This document shows positions 62,344 through 64,000 of a stretch of DNA of 64,000 nt, one piece after another. Every line of letters begins with the position of its first letter. Position 1 is the first letter of the stretch. A program made the translations under genes and the position numbers. The notes under the pieces were generated by a model. It saw only the letters and a list, made by a program, of their open reading frames with translations. It was not told the DNA's origin and did not search any database. This DNA is from Methanomassiliicoccales archaeon (lineage in GTDB: Archaea; Thermoplasmatota; Thermoplasmata; Methanomassiliicoccales; UBA472): the NCBI GenBank assembly GCA_026394395.1, contig JAPKYK010000002.1:183653-247652 (forward strand). The letters are read 5' to 3'.

Positions 62344-63135
62344 TCACAGCACGTCCGCCAGGTGCGGCCTCAGCTTTTGGAAGACTATGCTTCCGGCGAT
62401 CAGGAACACGATGGTCATGGCCCAGAAGATAACGGTGGCGAGCGGGTCCAAGGTGAACTCGCCTAAGATCGAGGTTCGATAGCCGTCGACCACGTAGGCC
62501 ATGGGGTTGATGAGCATGAGCCAGTGATACTCTTCCGGTATAGCGTTCTGCGACCACAGTATCGGCGTGAGATAGATTCCGAACTGCAGGATGATAGTAA
62601 GCATCTGCCGCATGTCCTTGAAGAACACCACGATGGATGATGTGAGGAAGCTAAGCCCCCAGACAAGTATGAATGTGCAAAATAGGTAGTATAGCACGCC
62701 AAGGGAAGAAAGATGCGCACCCTCTCCATAAATGACCAGGAAAATCACTAAGATAACGTGGAAGATGATGCTGGTGAGGAGCGAGGAAATGATCTTGACT
62801 GTAGGTAGGATCTCAACCTTGAAGACCATCTTCTTGACTAAGAACGAATACTGAGTGAGAGCATTAGTGGCATTGGACCAGGCGTCAGAGAAGAAGAACC
62901 AAGGAATGAGGCCGATAATGAACCATAGGACGAACGGCACACCCTCGACAGTGGTTATGCCGAGAGCGAACTCGAAGACGAACCAGAAGAGGAAGATCAG
63001 GCTCAGGGGCTGCAATATCTCCCAGAGCAGGCCGTAATAGGAGCCGACGTAGCGGGTGCGGAAGTCAGATTTGGTCAGGGAACGGATAAGTCCCAAGGAT
63101 CGAACATTTTCGCGAATGATGTCCTGCGCGCCCAT
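62344..63135 (-). CDS. wzm: ABC-2 type polysaccharide exporter permease
   Basis: 263 aa with six TM helices, immediately upstream of wzt. Confidence 0.85.
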   Translation of the reverse strand: MGAQDIIRENVRSLGLIRSLTKSDFRTRYVGSYYGLLWEILQPLSLIFLFWFVFEFALGITTVEGVPFVLWFIIGLIPWFFFSDAWSNATNALTQYSFLVKKMVFKVEILPTVKIISSLLTSIIFHVILVIFLVIYGEGAHLSSLGVLYYLFCTFILVWGLSFLTSSIVVFFKDMRQMLTIILQFGIYLTPILWSQNAIPEEYHWLMLINPMAYVVDGYRTSILGEFTLDPLATVIFWAMTIVFLIAGSIVFQKLRPHLADVL

Positions 63136-63241
63136 CCTTCAAACTGCCCTCCCTTCATCCTGATGCCATTCGAGCCTTTTAGCTATAATACACCGCATAG
63201 ACATATAAAAATCGGCTTAGAAAATGATGAGCTCAAGGGTC

Positions 63242-64000
63242 TCACCGCAACCTTCTGATCATTAACGTTATGGCAATGGCAGCAAGCGACACAACCAAAG
63301 TCCCTGATAGTACGTAGATAGGGGTATCTTCATAGGTATTGAACGGAGGGCCCACCGGGTTGGTTTTCACTTCCGAATGAGGAATATAGACAATCATCGC
63401 CTGTCCTCCAGTGGAATAGACGACCTCGTTCCGTCCTTCCGTTTGGCTCAAAATATTTTCAATTGGAGTGTAGGATTGACGAGAACTTCCATTATAATTT
63501 GTAGATATCGCCCAACCATTTTTTACATTCCAACTGGATAGGTATAGTAGGGCATCTGTTTGATTTTCCGTCCACTGATACCTGAGAATTTTAATATTGG
63601 TTCCTTCACCAGCGAAGATGGGAAATCTATGCCAATCAGCTGTCACTGGATAGTTGCCCCGATGATCTACATCACTGACCCATTTGGCTGATAGTACGTC
63701 AGAATCTGAGTATACGGACCAACTGGTATTTGGGTTGAGGGCGAATGAGTTGGTATAATGACCAGTCGCATAGTAAATAGTCCCAGTATTGAAGAGTAAA
63801 AATGTGATAAGAAAGATCGCCCCGGCCTTTTTTACGATTCCGTCACTAGCGAGCCTCGAGACGATGCTAATGTCACCAAGGTGCTTACCCCGGAAGAACG
63901 ACACAACAGCATATAGGCCAAGGATAAGGAATCCCGACAGAAATATGTAGGCCACCTGGAAGAACCGGGCGAAATAGAAGGAGTACGACAGGCGGGGTAT
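63242..64000 (-). CDS. C-terminal part of a large polytopic membrane protein with an extracytoplasmic domain (DUF2206-like / glycan-assembly associated); 5' end outside the window
   Basis: The frame stays open upstream of the track's GTG at 63955 to the window edge (...IPRLSYSFYFARFFQVAYIFLSGFLILG). It has hydrophobic helices, a ~170-aa soluble domain and a terminal TM helix (LSGTLVVSLAAIAITLMIRRLR). Confidence 0.6.
   Translation of the reverse strand: MPRLSYSFYFARFFQVAYIFLSGFLILGLYAVVSFFRGKHLGDISIVSRLASDGIVKKAGAIFLITFLLFNTGTIYYATGHYTNSFALNPNTSWSVYSDSDVLSAKWVSDVDHRGNYPVTADWHRFPIFAGEGTNIKILRYQWTENQTDALLYLSSWNVKNGWAISTNYNGSSRQSYTPIENILSQTEGRNEVVYSTGGQAMIVYIPHSEVKTNPVGPPFNTYEDTPIYVLSGTLVVSLAAIAITLMIRRLR

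Noticed and set aside
52124-64000. The low-GC glycan island might be a prophage or integrative element.
   Set aside because: No integrase, transposase, capsid/terminase-like gene or flanking tRNA is visible in the window. The content is entirely surface-glycan and surface-protein genes, so horizontal origin remains only a compositional suggestion.

Overview
GC-rich archaeal chromosome segment. The gene content points to Thermoplasmatota, possibly a Methanomassiliicoccales-like methanogen: archaeal AroA'/AroB' shikimate entry, GHMP-type shikimate kinase, COG1900 homocysteine pathway, pelota and dPGM. This lineage call is inference only. Positions 1-17850 are one uninterrupted run of 20 minus-strand amino-acid biosynthesis genes: aro operon, tyrA, asd, COG1900/NIL-ferredoxin/COG2122 homocysteine module, hisGCHABF(IE), a PHP phosphatase and lysC. 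Many of these genes are joined by ATGA overlaps. Next come an ACT-domain regulator, an EamA transporter, a 2455-aa beta-helix/Fn3 surface protein, carAB, pelota, a homocitrate-synthase-family gene, a complete pst-phoU locus with a divergent AbrB-PhoU regulator, and housekeeping genes (IDH-family, gpmA). The accessory parts are the most interesting. They include a convergent pair of uncharacterised membrane-anchored paralogs, and a STAND ATPase-TPR protein followed by a membrane-tethered winged-helix protein. They also include a lower-GC surface-glycan island (52.1-64 kb) with Wzm/Wzt export, two methyltransferases and a kinase-like/coiled-coil/glycosyltransferase fusion that resembles bacterial WbdD/WbbB chain-length terminators. 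That minus-strand glycan operon is interrupted by a plus-strand BspA-type LRR surface-protein gene. The gene is bracketed by ~104-bp near-perfect inverted repeats (each with its own terminal inverted repeats) and a CTTTTT direct repeat. This looks like a MITE-flanked cassette or an invertible segment. No rRNA, tRNA, CRISPR array, integrase or transposase was recognised.
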